Below are positions 30,843 to 41,167 of a DNA stretch of 64,000 nt, in pieces. Numbering within the stretch: the first letter of the stretch is position 1; every line of letters starts with the position of its first letter. This DNA is from an uncultured Parachlamydiaceae bacterium (GTDB taxonomy: Bacteria; Chlamydiota; Chlamydiia; Chlamydiales; Parachlamydiaceae). The notes under the pieces were generated by a model. The model worked only from the letters and a program-made list of their open reading frames with translations. It ran no database searches and was not told the DNA's origin. The position numbers were made by a program, and so were the translations under genes. The DNA lies in the NCBI GenBank assembly GCA_963742415.1, contig CAVULX010000004.1:1272766-1336765 (forward strand), read 5' to 3'.

Positions 30843-31397
30843 ATGGATCAAAACCAAAATGACAGCATAACAGATCGTGTGAAAGGATCGCAACGTGTTT
30901 TTCATGGAGTCCGTTTTGATGTCCATGCCGTTCAATTGCCTGGGAGAGAAGGGAATAAAGTGCGTCGTGAATTTGTTGCCCATCCTGGGGCTGTGGTTAT
31001 TCTTCCCATTTTGGATCATGATCGCATCGTCATGATCCGCAATTACCGTTTTGTGGTGGAAAAAGAATTGTGGGAATTGCCGGCGGGAACATTAGAACCC
31101 AATGAACCTCCGGAAAAGACAGCTTATCGGGAATTGATAGAAGAGACGGGGTATAAAGCAGAGGCTATTACCCCTTTGATAAATTTTTATACGACTCCGG
31201 GTTTTTGCAATGAAGTGATGTATGCCTATGTAGCCAGAGGGTTGACAGCCGTAGGGCAAAATCTCGATGATTCCGAACAGATCACCGTCGAAATCAAAAC
31301 ATGGGACGAAGTGTTGAGAATGGTCCAAGAAGGCAAAATTTGCGATGCCAAAACCTTAACTGCGCTCTTATTCTATAATAGTTTTTTTCAAAAATAG
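30843..31397 (+). CDS. NUDIX hydrolase (ADP-ribose pyrophosphatase-like)
   Basis: ELPAGTLEPNEPPEKTAYRELIEETG Nudix box, HPGAV, DAKT. Confidence 0.92.
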   Translation: MDQNQNDSITDRVKGSQRVFHGVRFDVHAVQLPGREGNKVRREFVAHPGAVVILPILDHDRIVMIRNYRFVVEKELWELPAGTLEPNEPPEKTAYRELIEETGYKAEAITPLINFYTTPGFCNEVMYAYVARGLTAVGQNLDDSEQITVEIKTWDEVLRMVQEGKICDAKTLTALLFYNSFFQK

Positions 31398-31496
31398 ATC
31401 CAACAAACAAGTATCGAGTATTAATCATGGGGCAAATCTGGCCGAAGCGAAGCGAAGGCTTGGGCTATGATATTTCGCGCCTTCGGCACTCAAAAC

Positions 31497-32180
31497 GGCC
31501 TGAAAGGCCAAAATAGTATAGCCCAGGTCGAAGCGAAGCGAAGGCCTGGGTAGGAATAACATACATGTGGAGTCCTGTAAGGACGACATAAAAAATAAAG
31601 GTTTTTCTATGTCTCAATCATTAGCTGATATCATTTTACACATTGTTTTTAGCACAAAAGATAGATACCCCTTTATTCATAAAAGATAGATACCCCTTTA
31701 TTCATAATGAGATAGAACACGAATTATTTAAGTATGTTTGTGGAACAGCTCGCCAATTAAATTGTCCTGTCATAAAAATAAATGGTGTTGAAGACCACGT
31801 TCACATTTTGCTCCGTTTGGGAAGAACAATATCGATAAGTGAGCTCATTTCTGAATTAAAATCAAGCTCATCAAGATGGATTAAGACTAAAGGAGATCAA
31901 TATAGGCATTTTAGTTGGCAAGGTGGTTATGGGGCGTTTTCTGTATCTAGTCCAATCATTAATGGTGTAATAAAATATATTTCTAATCAGAAAGAACATC
32001 ACAAAACTTTATCTTTTAAAGAAGAATTTATTGGGATGTTAAAACGCTCGCATATTGACTATGAAGAAAAATTTTTATGGGATTAAAATGTCGTCCTTAC
32101 AGGACTCCATATGTATATCATTCCTACCCAGGCCTTCGCTTCGCTCCGACCTGGGCTGTAATATTTCGGCCTTTCAGGCC
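31497..32180 (+). mobile_element. REP-associated Y1 transposase locus bounded by ~93-bp inverted arms
   Basis: 31497-31589 is the near-perfect reverse complement of 32088-32180. Each arm holds several short hairpins. Confidence 0.85.
31609..32086 (+). pseudogene. tnpA: IS200/IS605-family (RAYT-like) HUH Y1 transposase, frameshifted by a 25-bp tandem duplication
   Basis: MSQSLADIILHIVFSTKDR..., DHVH (HUH), WQGGYGAFSVS, YISNQ. 31656-31680 is identical to 31681-31705. Confidence 0.9.
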
Positions 32181-32190
32181 TTTCTCATAC

Positions 32191-32300
32191 ATTACCTGGG
32201 GCAACGCCCCAGGTAATTCCATTGAAATCATTCGCAGGCCGGAGGCCTGCCATATTATACCCAGGTAATTCCATTGAAACCATTTGCAGGCTGAAGGCCC
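32191..32300. repeat. Degenerate REP-like array
   Basis: CCTGGGGCAACGCCCCAGG, GCAGGCCGGAGGCCTGC, and repeated CCCAGGTAATTCCATTGAAA. Confidence 0.7.
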
Positions 32301-32343
32301 ATAGGCGGGAAGCCTGTGTTATTTTGGGTATATTTTCTGTGTT

Positions 32344-34293
32344 CTAGCCTGTTATTTCTTCTTCATTTTGAGAAGCATCGAATTGAGAGATAAATTGACT
32401 TAAAGAGCTATTGTTATTTGAATCAACCTTTGATGAAATGATCTGCTGCAACGACTCTTTTATATCCTCATTGCTATTACATAATTCTCTTAAAATTCCT
32501 ATTAACTCTATAACCCGTGCGCTTTTTCTTGATCCTTCTTCCTTGAGGGTTTTATTTTCTTCTTTTAAACTATCATCCGTTGTGTTGAGGTTATTGCGGT
32601 TTGCTTGCTCTTTCTTCAATTGGATATTTTCATCTTCGATTCGTCCTCGCCGTATTTGCTCGTTAGTAAATTCCGTGCATTTTTCTTCGTAATTTTGCTG
32701 CCAAACCATATTTTCTTTGACATAGCTAGCTTTGCTTTCAGATTCTTCAAGTTTAGACTGTCGCAATATTTTGTTTTCTTTGTTCAATTCTTCTATGCGT
32801 TTTGAAAGGCTTTTTTGTTCAAGTACACTATCTTCGACTTCTTTTTTCTTTTGTTGTAAACCAGAAATTCCTTTCTTCAATCTTTCAATTGCTCGAATTA
32901 ATTTTTTATTTGTTCGTTTTAATGTTTTAATTTCATTATTCTTGTTGTTTATTGTAACAACAACATCATTTATTTGTTTCTGATGTTGTATATTTTGTTT
33001 TTTTAAATCAGCTGATATTTCCGCTATATCTCTAGTATTTTGGGCCAAAACGTTATTATCTTTTTCTAAAACTTCTAAAGCTTTATTCGCTTGCTGGGCC
33101 GTTGCTTCTATGCCATTTTTTTCTTTTTTGCTAGCCTCTTCAAGTATCTGCTTTTCAAGGTCATGATCGAGACCTTTCTTTTTTATTGTATCTTCTAATT
33201 CACGAATTCTATTTTCTAAGACCGTCTTTTCTACTTCAATCTGGTGTATTTTTTCAATATATTTTGTAATAGGATCTAAAGCCGCGTTAATGCTTTCCAC
33301 CCATGCTGTGGTTTGATCGACCTGTTCTATAACATTCTTTTCGGTTGAATTATCGTCTTGATTCAGTTCATGCTCAATCGATTTTTTTGGGGTCGTTTTT
33401 ATAAATGCTTCTTTAATCTTTCCAACAAGATTTTTAACTTTCTCAACTACTTGAGCATGTTGCTCTTTTAGCTTTTTGGAAAGATCTAATTCTTGTTTAT
33501 GCTCTTCAGCAAGATTTGTAATATCCGCCACTAGTCGAACTTGTAGGCCTTTTCTCTCTTGGGAAACACTCTCTAGTTGAGCATATAGCTCATTTTTTTC
33601 TTTTTGAACTTTAACATAATCATCTTTGTTCCTTAATAGATCTTCGTTATTGTTTTTACTTTGCCTTTCGAAATCAGTCGCTTTTTGCTGAAGCTCTTTC
33701 AAAGCCGCCCTTTTTTGTTTTAATTCTTCTTTCAACCTCGTCAATTCATCTTGATCTAACTCTGCCGGGGGGCTATTTTTTTCAAATTCACTCAGATGCG
33801 ACCAAAATTTATCTAGGGCTTTGGCATCAATTAGCTTGAATGTGTTATGGAACCAATAATTAGCTCTGGTACTCACAAATAGACCAATCGTCAAGGTAAA
33901 TAGGGTTCCAGCGGCAAGACCAAAAACTTTATAAACAGAAAAGGCTAAATCAGAAACACCAGGAACATCTCTTTGTAATTCGATTAACCCATTTCCCCAT
34001 TTTCCCAAGCGAATAACTCTGAAAGTATATCCTGCAATTGTCAGAGGCAGTTTTACGGTAACAATTAAGCCTGCGATAATACCTGCCCTGATGATATTTT
34101 CAATGGCGGCTGCAGCTTCACAAAGGGCTGTTGGAAATGCAGCTCCAGTGGCAATAGCATAATGGCTTAATTTGGATCGGGAACAATATATATTGTGCTT
34201 CCCATGAAAAATATGTTCACTGTGGTGTTTTGTCCAACGGAGGGCTTGTTGGAAAGTTTCTTCAAAACCTAATATTGGAAATTGATTATTCAT
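32344..34293 (-). CDS. Hypothetical protein with N-terminal hydrophobic segments and a long coiled coil (Inc-like candidate)
   Basis: Hydrophobic stretches at about aa 45-145, then about 450 aa of K/E/Q-rich heptads. Confidence 0.75.
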   Translation of the reverse strand: MNNQFPILGFEETFQQALRWTKHHSEHIFHGKHNIYCSRSKLSHYAIATGAAFPTALCEAAAAIENIIRAGIIAGLIVTVKLPLTIAGYTFRVIRLGKWGNGLIELQRDVPGVSDLAFSVYKVFGLAAGTLFTLTIGLFVSTRANYWFHNTFKLIDAKALDKFWSHLSEFEKNSPPAELDQDELTRLKEELKQKRAALKELQQKATDFERQSKNNNEDLLRNKDDYVKVQKEKNELYAQLESVSQERKGLQVRLVADITNLAEEHKQELDLSKKLKEQHAQVVEKVKNLVGKIKEAFIKTTPKKSIEHELNQDDNSTEKNVIEQVDQTTAWVESINAALDPITKYIEKIHQIEVEKTVLENRIRELEDTIKKKGLDHDLEKQILEEASKKEKNGIEATAQQANKALEVLEKDNNVLAQNTRDIAEISADLKKQNIQHQKQINDVVVTINNKNNEIKTLKRTNKKLIRAIERLKKGISGLQQKKKEVEDSVLEQKSLSKRIEELNKENKILRQSKLEESESKASYVKENMVWQQNYEEKCTEFTNEQIRRGRIEDENIQLKKEQANRNNLNTTDDSLKEENKTLKEEGSRKSARVIELIGILRELCNSNEDIKESLQQIISSKVDSNNNSSLSQFISQFDASQNEEEITG

Positions 34294-34422
34294 AAATAGC
34301 CGTATTTAATACTTAAAGTTATTAATTTTTACAAAACCTGTAGTATATTAAAAGCATTGGAAAAGATAAAGTAAAAAAAATTCGAAAAAATAAAAAAAAT
34401 ATTTTTATTTTTTTTTAAAGAC

Positions 34423-34860
34423 TCATTGCCGTTGATAGAGTCCTATCAATTGAGCTTGCCCGAGAACATGCCCTTCCATGGCTTCTTCCAATGCACCTTT
34501 TGTGCTTCCTTCGGGCAAATTAATCAACACATCGAGAGCAAAAAGTTTAAAGAAATAATGATGGGAAGTTCCTCGTGGAGGGCACGGCCCCCGATAACGA
34601 GTTTCACTAAAACCATTTTTTCCTTGGTGGGGAACCTTTCCCCCTTCTGAAAGCTTCATTTGATCGGGGGGTAAATTCCAGGCAATCCAATGGTCAAAGG
34701 TTCCCATAGGAGCATCGGGATCATAGACTATTAAAGCCAGTGACTTTGTCCCTTTTGGAATTTCTTGAAAAGACAAAGGGGGTGAAATATCTTTACCATC
34801 ACATGTGTACTGAGTGGGTATTTTTTGATTATTTTGGAATGCGCTGCATTCTATTTTCAT
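34423..34860 (-). CDS. YbhB/YbcL (PEBP/RKIP-like) protein
   Basis: CDGKDISPPL, DPDAP, HW, YRGPCPP, HHYFF. Confidence 0.93.
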   Translation of the reverse strand: MKIECSAFQNNQKIPTQYTCDGKDISPPLSFQEIPKGTKSLALIVYDPDAPMGTFDHWIAWNLPPDQMKLSEGGKVPHQGKNGFSETRYRGPCPPRGTSHHYFFKLFALDVLINLPEGSTKGALEEAMEGHVLGQAQLIGLYQRQ

Positions 34861-35717
34861 CTGTTTTTTCCTGATTCAGGTTCATGTTCGACAGCTTCTA
34901 CACGTGTTCCTCTGCGGAGTTTTTTGAGGGCTCTCAACCTGGCTTTGAATTCATCCAAAGTATTGCGGAAAGCGACGGCTTGCGATTGCATCTCCCCTGC
35001 AATTATTTGATTCCCAGCTTCCATATCAAGCCTTTTTTGAATGAAAGAGATCTCTTTTAATATAGACCCCATCAGCTTTTGGGTTGTCGAAGGGAAGGAT
35101 TGGGGTGCAATGGTTTTATGAAAGGCCATCCCCTTTAAAAGAGCTAGATCGGTCTTTTTTAAAATTCCGGTTAATTTACGAAATTCAGCCTCTTTAACAC
35201 GAGAGGGTGATTTCGAAACTTGCCGTTTCATTTGAGTCAATCCTTTGCTGGCAAAGCTTAAATGCTTGCTAAGGTCTTTATCCGGTTTAACACTGTTTTT
35301 ATTAATTCCTTTAATTTTTATATCGGGAGGTAATTTTTGCAAAGATTTAACCGTTGCAATCTTCAATTTTGCCCCCGCTTTTTCCGTTTGCAGTTTGAGG
35401 CCATTCAAATATTTTTCCAAACCCTTCAATGCTCTCACAAATTTTTCGGAATGTTGAATCCCTGTTTCTTTTTTTTCCTTCGGAACAGTCCGTTTAAGAG
35501 CGCTTATGTCAACTAAAATTTTATTCAGATTGTCTTGGTCAAATTTGGGGACAGTTTTGCCCCGTATAGACTTCAGAAAATTTTTTGATTTATCTACGGT
35601 GTCGGCAGCATTTTTTAATTTTTCCGGGGAAATTTTATCTTCAATTTTTTTTTGGAGTGAATGGATGTAGATTTCTGTTTGAGCGAGGGCAGAATTAAAA
35701 GAAGGTAAATCTCTCAT
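34857..35717 (-). CDS. Hypothetical basic helical protein
   Basis: 286-aa Lys-rich ORF, translationally coupled to the downstream gene. Confidence 0.7.
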   Translation of the reverse strand: MRDLPSFNSALAQTEIYIHSLQKKIEDKISPEKLKNAADTVDKSKNFLKSIRGKTVPKFDQDNLNKILVDISALKRTVPKEKKETGIQHSEKFVRALKGLEKYLNGLKLQTEKAGAKLKIATVKSLQKLPPDIKIKGINKNSVKPDKDLSKHLSFASKGLTQMKRQVSKSPSRVKEAEFRKLTGILKKTDLALLKGMAFHKTIAPQSFPSTTQKLMGSILKEISFIQKRLDMEAGNQIIAGEMQSQAVAFRNTLDEFKARLRALKKLRRGTRVEAVEHEPESGKNR

Positions 35718-35855
35718 GGTTATTCAATATTGGGGTTAATCTATTCCGCAAGCTAAAACAATTTGTTTTAACTGTCAAATTTCCCTGTTTTCATTATAAT
35801 AGTTTGTGAGAGTGCTTCTAAGAATACTCCTCAAAATAAACAATTTAAGGGTCTT

Positions 35856-36653
35856 ATGCGAAATCAGTCTTCTCCTTTTTCTCAAGCGAGAACTTCTTGG
35901 GAATCGAGTGAAAAATGGTATAAAGGCATTGTAGGTGACGAAGGGCACTACTACCACCGGCAAATCATTATGCCCGGCGTTCTTCGTTTGTTGGAAAAAC
36001 CCAAAGACCTTCTTGACTTAGGATGCGGCAACGGAATTTTAGCCAAGCATTTACCTTCCCAAATTGAATACGTTGGGATCGATGCAGCCCCCTCCTTGAT
36101 CAAGGCAGCAAAAACATCTAGCAGTAGCTCTTTACATCACTTTGAGATTGGGGACATCACTAAACCGATTAAATTAGAGAAAAGGGATTTTTCCCACGCC
36201 ACTCTGATCCTTTCCCTACAAAATATTGAAGAGCCTTACGCGGCTTTTGTCAATGCAGCCAAACACCTAAGGAAGCAGGGGAAATTGATCCTTGTCTTAA
36301 ACCATCCCTGTTTTCGAATCCCAAGGCAATCCTCGTGGCAAGTGGATGAAGCAAAAAAAGTCCAATATCGGAGGATTGATTGTTATATGCATCCGATGAA
36401 AGTTCCTATCCAAACACATCCTGGCAAGGGAATCAAGTCCCAGGTCACCTATTCCTTCCATCATCCCCTATCTTCGTATTTCCAATGGTTGCACAAGGCG
36501 GGTTTTGCTGTCGAATTGCTGGAAGAGTGGTGTTCGGACAAAACAAGCCAAGGAAAAGCAGCAAAAATGGAAAATCGTAGCCGTGCCGAGTTTCCGTTGT
36601 TTATGGGTATCCGCGCCGTCCTGCTTGAGGAGTTAAATAAAATAAAGGTGTAA
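35856..36653 (+). CDS. Class I SAM-dependent methyltransferase
   Basis: LLDLGCGNG motif I, NHPCFR. Confidence 0.9.
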   Translation: MRNQSSPFSQARTSWESSEKWYKGIVGDEGHYYHRQIIMPGVLRLLEKPKDLLDLGCGNGILAKHLPSQIEYVGIDAAPSLIKAAKTSSSSSLHHFEIGDITKPIKLEKRDFSHATLILSLQNIEEPYAAFVNAAKHLRKQGKLILVLNHPCFRIPRQSSWQVDEAKKVQYRRIDCYMHPMKVPIQTHPGKGIKSQVTYSFHHPLSSYFQWLHKAGFAVELLEEWCSDKTSQGKAAKMENRSRAEFPLFMGIRAVLLEELNKIKV

Positions 36654-36703
36654 AATAAATTCTGTAAAATTAGACTGATTCTTGAACTAACGTCAGTCTG
36701 CAC

Positions 36704-38203
36704 ATGAAATCTGATGCCGTCTTCCTAAATGGCCATTCGCTGACACTTCCAGATGCAAGTAAAATTGCAAACGGGTGTCATGTAAAATTATCTCCTGAGG
36801 TTAAGCCTAGAATCGAAGCGAGCCGAAAGCTCGTCGAAGAAGTAGCTCATCAGGCAAAACCTGTCTATGGGGTCAATACTGGATTTGGATTCCTTGCCCA
36901 TAAAAAAATTTCCTTTAAAGAGCTTGCCCAATTGCAGCTTAATCTGGTGAAGAGCCATGCAGCTGGTTATGGGGATCCTTTGTCCTTGTCGGAAACTCGC
37001 TTAGCCATGGCCTTAAGACTAAACGTCCTAGCCAAAGGCTTTACAGGAGTCCGATATGAGTTATGTCTCACTCTATTAAATCTGATCAATGCCGGCATCT
37101 ATCCCCACATTCCCGAATATGGTTCCGTGGGAGCTTCCGGAGATTTGGCCCCCCTATCCCATTTAGCCCTTTCCCTTATCGGTGAAGGGGATGTATTCTA
37201 TCAGGGCAAAATGATGCCTGCCCGCAAAGCCCTGAACAAAGCCGGGTTAAAGCCAATAAAGCTGGTGGAGAAAGAGGGGCTTGGATTAATCAATGGCACC
37301 CAAATCATGCTTTCAGTGGGGATTTTAGCCCTAGTTGAGGCCCTTTTATTAGTCGAAAAATCAGATCTTATTGCCGCGTTCTCTTTCGAAGCTTTTAGCG
37401 GCAATGTAGAAGCCTTAGATCCCCTTATCCATAAGGCTCGCGGGCAACAAGGTCAAATCGACTCAGCTCAGGCTATCCGCCGCTATTTGAAGGGATCTTT
37501 TCTTTTTGATCCCGCTATCCCCAGACGAAAAATTCAAGATCCCTATTCCCTCCGGTGCGCCCCCCAAATCCATGGGGCTACCCGAGACGCTTTGAGTTAT
37601 GTGCAACAGATTGCTGAAAACGAACTGAATGCCGCTACTGATAACCCTCTTGTGTTTACCGAAGAAAATAAAATTTTAAGCGGGGGCAATTTTCATGGGC
37701 AGCCTTTGGCCTTATCTTTCGACTTTGCTGCCATGGCTATTGCCGAGCTAGCCAATGTTTCGGACCGGCGGTTAGAGCTGCTCATGAATCCCCATTTAAG
37801 CGGCCTTCCAGCTTTCCTAGCCCCTGATGAGGGATTAAATTCCGGTTATATGGCTGCGCAATATTTGACAGCCTCATTAGTTAACGAGAACAAAATCCTC
37901 TCCCATCCGGCATGTACAGATTCGATACCGGGAAATGTGGGGATCGAAGATCATGTTTCCATGGGGATGACTTCTGCACGAAAACTAAAAAAAATTGTTC
38001 AAAACGTAAAAATTGTCTTGGCGGTAGAAATGTTGGCAGCCGCTCAAGCCATAGATTTGCGTCATGCAGATCCCCTCGGAAAAATCACCTCTAAAGTACA
38101 TAAAACTTTAAGAGATTATGTTACTCCCTTGAAAAAAGATAGGATCATTGCTAAAGATATTGAACAAGCAGTCCAGGTTTTTGACCTCCTTTCCTTAAAT
38201 TAA
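36704..38203 (+). CDS. hutH: Histidine ammonia-lyase
   Basis: YGVNTGFG, GSVGASGDL (MIO-forming ASG), QDPYSLRC, GGNFHG. Confidence 0.97.
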   Translation: MKSDAVFLNGHSLTLPDASKIANGCHVKLSPEVKPRIEASRKLVEEVAHQAKPVYGVNTGFGFLAHKKISFKELAQLQLNLVKSHAAGYGDPLSLSETRLAMALRLNVLAKGFTGVRYELCLTLLNLINAGIYPHIPEYGSVGASGDLAPLSHLALSLIGEGDVFYQGKMMPARKALNKAGLKPIKLVEKEGLGLINGTQIMLSVGILALVEALLLVEKSDLIAAFSFEAFSGNVEALDPLIHKARGQQGQIDSAQAIRRYLKGSFLFDPAIPRRKIQDPYSLRCAPQIHGATRDALSYVQQIAENELNAATDNPLVFTEENKILSGGNFHGQPLALSFDFAAMAIAELANVSDRRLELLMNPHLSGLPAFLAPDEGLNSGYMAAQYLTASLVNENKILSHPACTDSIPGNVGIEDHVSMGMTSARKLKKIVQNVKIVLAVEMLAAAQAIDLRHADPLGKITSKVHKTLRDYVTPLKKDRIIAKDIEQAVQVFDLLSLN

Positions 38204-38212
38204 GGATATCTT

Positions 38213-39907
38213 ATGGTACAAATGATGGAAAAAAGTGGAGACTTAAAGTCGTTTCTGAATGAATATGCATCCCATCCCCATTACAAAGCTCCCAGAGGCA
38301 ATACCCTTCACGCTCTTTCCTGGCAAACAGAAGCTCCTTTACGTTTGCTATTAAACAACCTCGATGCGGAAGTAGCCGAAGATCCGAAAAATCTCATTGT
38401 CTACGGCGGCACTGGACAAGCTGCAAGAAATGTAGAGGCCTTAACGAAAATAATAAAGTCTTTATTGCAACTGCGTGAAGATGAAAGCCTTCTCGTTCAG
38501 TCGGGAAAAGCCGTCGGGATCATTAGAAGCCATCCCGAAGCCCCCAGAGTGTTAATTGCCAACAGCAACCTCGTTCCCCATTGGGCTAATTGGCAACATT
38601 TTAATGACCTGAAAAAGCGGGGTCTTATTATGTTCGGGCAGATGACAGCAGGGAGTTGGATCTACATCGGAACCCAAGGGATCCTCCAAGGAACATACGA
38701 AACATTTGCCTCTCTCGCTAAAAAGTACTTTGGAGGGACCTTAAAGGGCAAGTTTATCGTTTCGGGCGGGCTTGGAGGAATGGGGGGCGCACAACCTCTA
38801 GCGGCAACATTAAATGAAGGTATCTTCCTCGGGGTTGATATCGACCCGTTCCGCATTGAAAAAAGGTTGAAGACCCATTATCTCGACCGGATGACCCATA
38901 ATTACGAAAAAGCTATTAAGTGGATACTTGAAGCCAAAGAAAAGCAGGAACCCTTATCCATAGGACTCGTGGGAGATATCGGGACAATCTTACACCGTTT
39001 GATTAAGGACAAACATATCCCTGATGTCGTCACAGACCAAACTTCAGCCCACGACCCCCTAAATGGGTACATCCCCACAGGCTATACCGTCGAAACCGCC
39101 AAAGAGCTCCGGCAAAAACACCCTGAATATTATATCACTAAATCGTTAAGCAGCATGGCCCACCATATGAGGGCCATTTTGGAAATGAAACAAAAGGGAG
39201 CCATCGCTTTTGAATATGGAAATAACCTGCGGGAATTTGCACGGCAGGGTGGGGAGCCGAATAGTTTTGACATTCCTGGATTTGTCCCCGAATTTATCCG
39301 TCCCCTCTTTTGTGAAGGGAAAGGACCTTTTCGGTGGGTTGCCTTATCGGGGAACCCTGAAGACATTTACCGAACCGATGAAGCTCTCATTGAGGCTTTC
39401 CCTCTAGATCTCTTATTGCATCGCTGGTTGAAAGCAGCTAAGCAAAAAGTTTCTTTTCAAGGGTTGCCGGCCCGCATTTGCTGGCTAGGCCTTGGAGCCC
39501 GTGAAAAAGCAGGGTTATTGTTTAACAATATGGTCAAAAAGGGGATTTTAAAAGCCCCCATCGTGATCGGCCGGGACCATCTGGATGCGGGTTCGGTTGC
39601 TTCTCCCTTCCGCGAAACAGAGAAAATGAAAGATGGATCGGATGCTATCTCTGACTGGCCGCTTCTCAACCTTTTAAGCAATTGTTCCGGAGGCGCGACC
39701 TGGGTTTCCTTTCATCATGGAGGGGGTGTCGGCATAGGGTATTCCCAGCATGCAGGGATGGCCATCGTCGCCGATGGTTCAGAGCGTGCCGAGCATTGCC
39801 TAAAAAGGGTTTTATATAATGATCCTGCCACAGGCGTTATCAGGCACGCCGATGCGGGTTATGAGATTGCTTTACGTATTGCTCAAGACCAAGGATTTAT
39901 AACTTAG
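38213..39907 (+). CDS. hutU: Urocanate hydratase
   Basis: [39 protein letters not shown]. Confidence 0.98.
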   Translation: MVQMMEKSGDLKSFLNEYASHPHYKAPRGNTLHALSWQTEAPLRLLLNNLDAEVAEDPKNLIVYGGTGQAARNVEALTKIIKSLLQLREDESLLVQSGKAVGIIRSHPEAPRVLIANSNLVPHWANWQHFNDLKKRGLIMFGQMTAGSWIYIGTQGILQGTYETFASLAKKYFGGTLKGKFIVSGGLGGMGGAQPLAATLNEGIFLGVDIDPFRIEKRLKTHYLDRMTHNYEKAIKWILEAKEKQEPLSIGLVGDIGTILHRLIKDKHIPDVVTDQTSAHDPLNGYIPTGYTVETAKELRQKHPEYYITKSLSSMAHHMRAILEMKQKGAIAFEYGNNLREFARQGGEPNSFDIPGFVPEFIRPLFCEGKGPFRWVALSGNPEDIYRTDEALIEAFPLDLLLHRWLKAAKQKVSFQGLPARICWLGLGAREKAGLLFNNMVKKGILKAPIVIGRDHLDAGSVASPFRETEKMKDGSDAISDWPLLNLLSNCSGGATWVSFHHGGGVGIGYSQHAGMAIVADGSERAEHCLKRVLYNDPATGVIRHADAGYEIALRIAQDQGFIT

Positions 39908-39913
39908 GCAGCT

Positions 39914-41167
39914 ATGGATTCTTTTTTACTGGGCCCTTTTGAGCAAATCGTAACGATGGACCACCTTCCTGAAGGTCCCCTCAAAGATGATCAACTTGAA
40001 ATAAAATCACAGTCGGGCATCCTAATCAAGAACGGGCTCATCGAAGCGATCGATTCTTTTAATGTCTTAAAAAAAGTCAAAGCCAAGCATCTAGAAGTTT
40101 CTGCACCCAGCATCGCGATACCGGGCTTAATCGATGCTCATACCCACCTTTGTTTTTCCGGCACCCGCTCATCTGATTATGCCAAAAGGCTGGGTGGAGC
40201 TGGCTATCAACAAATTGCCGCTGAGGGGGGAGGAATTCTCGACACGGTAAAAAAGACAAGAGCTGCCTCTAAGCAGCAGCTTGTCGATTCAATGCTTAAT
40301 CGTTGCGCCCGCTTATGGGAATTGGGGATCACAACTTGTGAAGTCAAAAGCGGCTATGGACTTAATGTGACGGACGAAATCAAAATGCTTGAAGCCATTC
40401 ACGAAGCTGGTGAAAGGCAGGCTGTCGATCTGATCCCAACTTGCCTTGGGGCCCACATCATTCCGCCTGAATTTGATTCCCCTGTGGAGTACTTGGAATT
40501 TGTGTTAAATGACTTGCTTCTCCACGTTAAGCTAAACCTGTTGACACAACGTGTCGACATTTTCGTAGAAAAAGGGGCTTTCTCGGTTGAAGTCGCACGC
40601 TCCTTTCTGCAAAAAGCTAAACTCATGGGGTTCTCCCTTTGCATCCATGGGGACCAATTCAGCCGAGGGGGCGCTCAGCTGGCCTGTGAAGTTGGAGCCT
40701 TGAGCTGCGATCACCTGGAAGTCTCAACCGAAGAAGATGCCAAAGCCCTTCAGCAGCATCAAGTCATCCCCATTGTTCTTCCAGGATGCTCTTTCGGCCT
40801 AGGTCTCCCTTTTCCCCCCGCACGCCTTCTGCTCGACCAAGGTCTCCCCCTCGTTATTGCATCAGACTGGAATCCAGGTTCTGCCCCCATGGGCCACCTC
40901 CTCTTGCAAGCGGCTGTTTTGGGGGCAGCGCAACATTTGAGCATGGCTGAAACTTTAGCTGCAATCACAGTCCGCGCCGCCAAAGCTTTGGAATTGCCTC
41001 AGAGAGGAATCCTCAGGGCAGGATTAGAAGCCGATATTGCAGTTTTCCCTTGTGAAATGTTTCAGGAAATACTTTACAATCAGGGAATGCTGTTTCCTTC
41101 GCACGTCTACTCCCACCGCTCCTTGGGCAATCCACGAAATCCCAAAAAAGGTTTATTTTCATCATGA
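39914..41167 (+). CDS. hutI: Imidazolonepropionase
   Basis: PGLIDAHTH, EVKSGYGL, DHLE, SDWNPGS. Confidence 0.96.
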   Translation: MDSFLLGPFEQIVTMDHLPEGPLKDDQLEIKSQSGILIKNGLIEAIDSFNVLKKVKAKHLEVSAPSIAIPGLIDAHTHLCFSGTRSSDYAKRLGGAGYQQIAAEGGGILDTVKKTRAASKQQLVDSMLNRCARLWELGITTCEVKSGYGLNVTDEIKMLEAIHEAGERQAVDLIPTCLGAHIIPPEFDSPVEYLEFVLNDLLLHVKLNLLTQRVDIFVEKGAFSVEVARSFLQKAKLMGFSLCIHGDQFSRGGAQLACEVGALSCDHLEVSTEEDAKALQQHQVIPIVLPGCSFGLGLPFPPARLLLDQGLPLVIASDWNPGSAPMGHLLLQAAVLGAAQHLSMAETLAAITVRAAKALELPQRGILRAGLEADIAVFPCEMFQEILYNQGMLFPSHVYSHRSLGNPRNPKKGLFSS

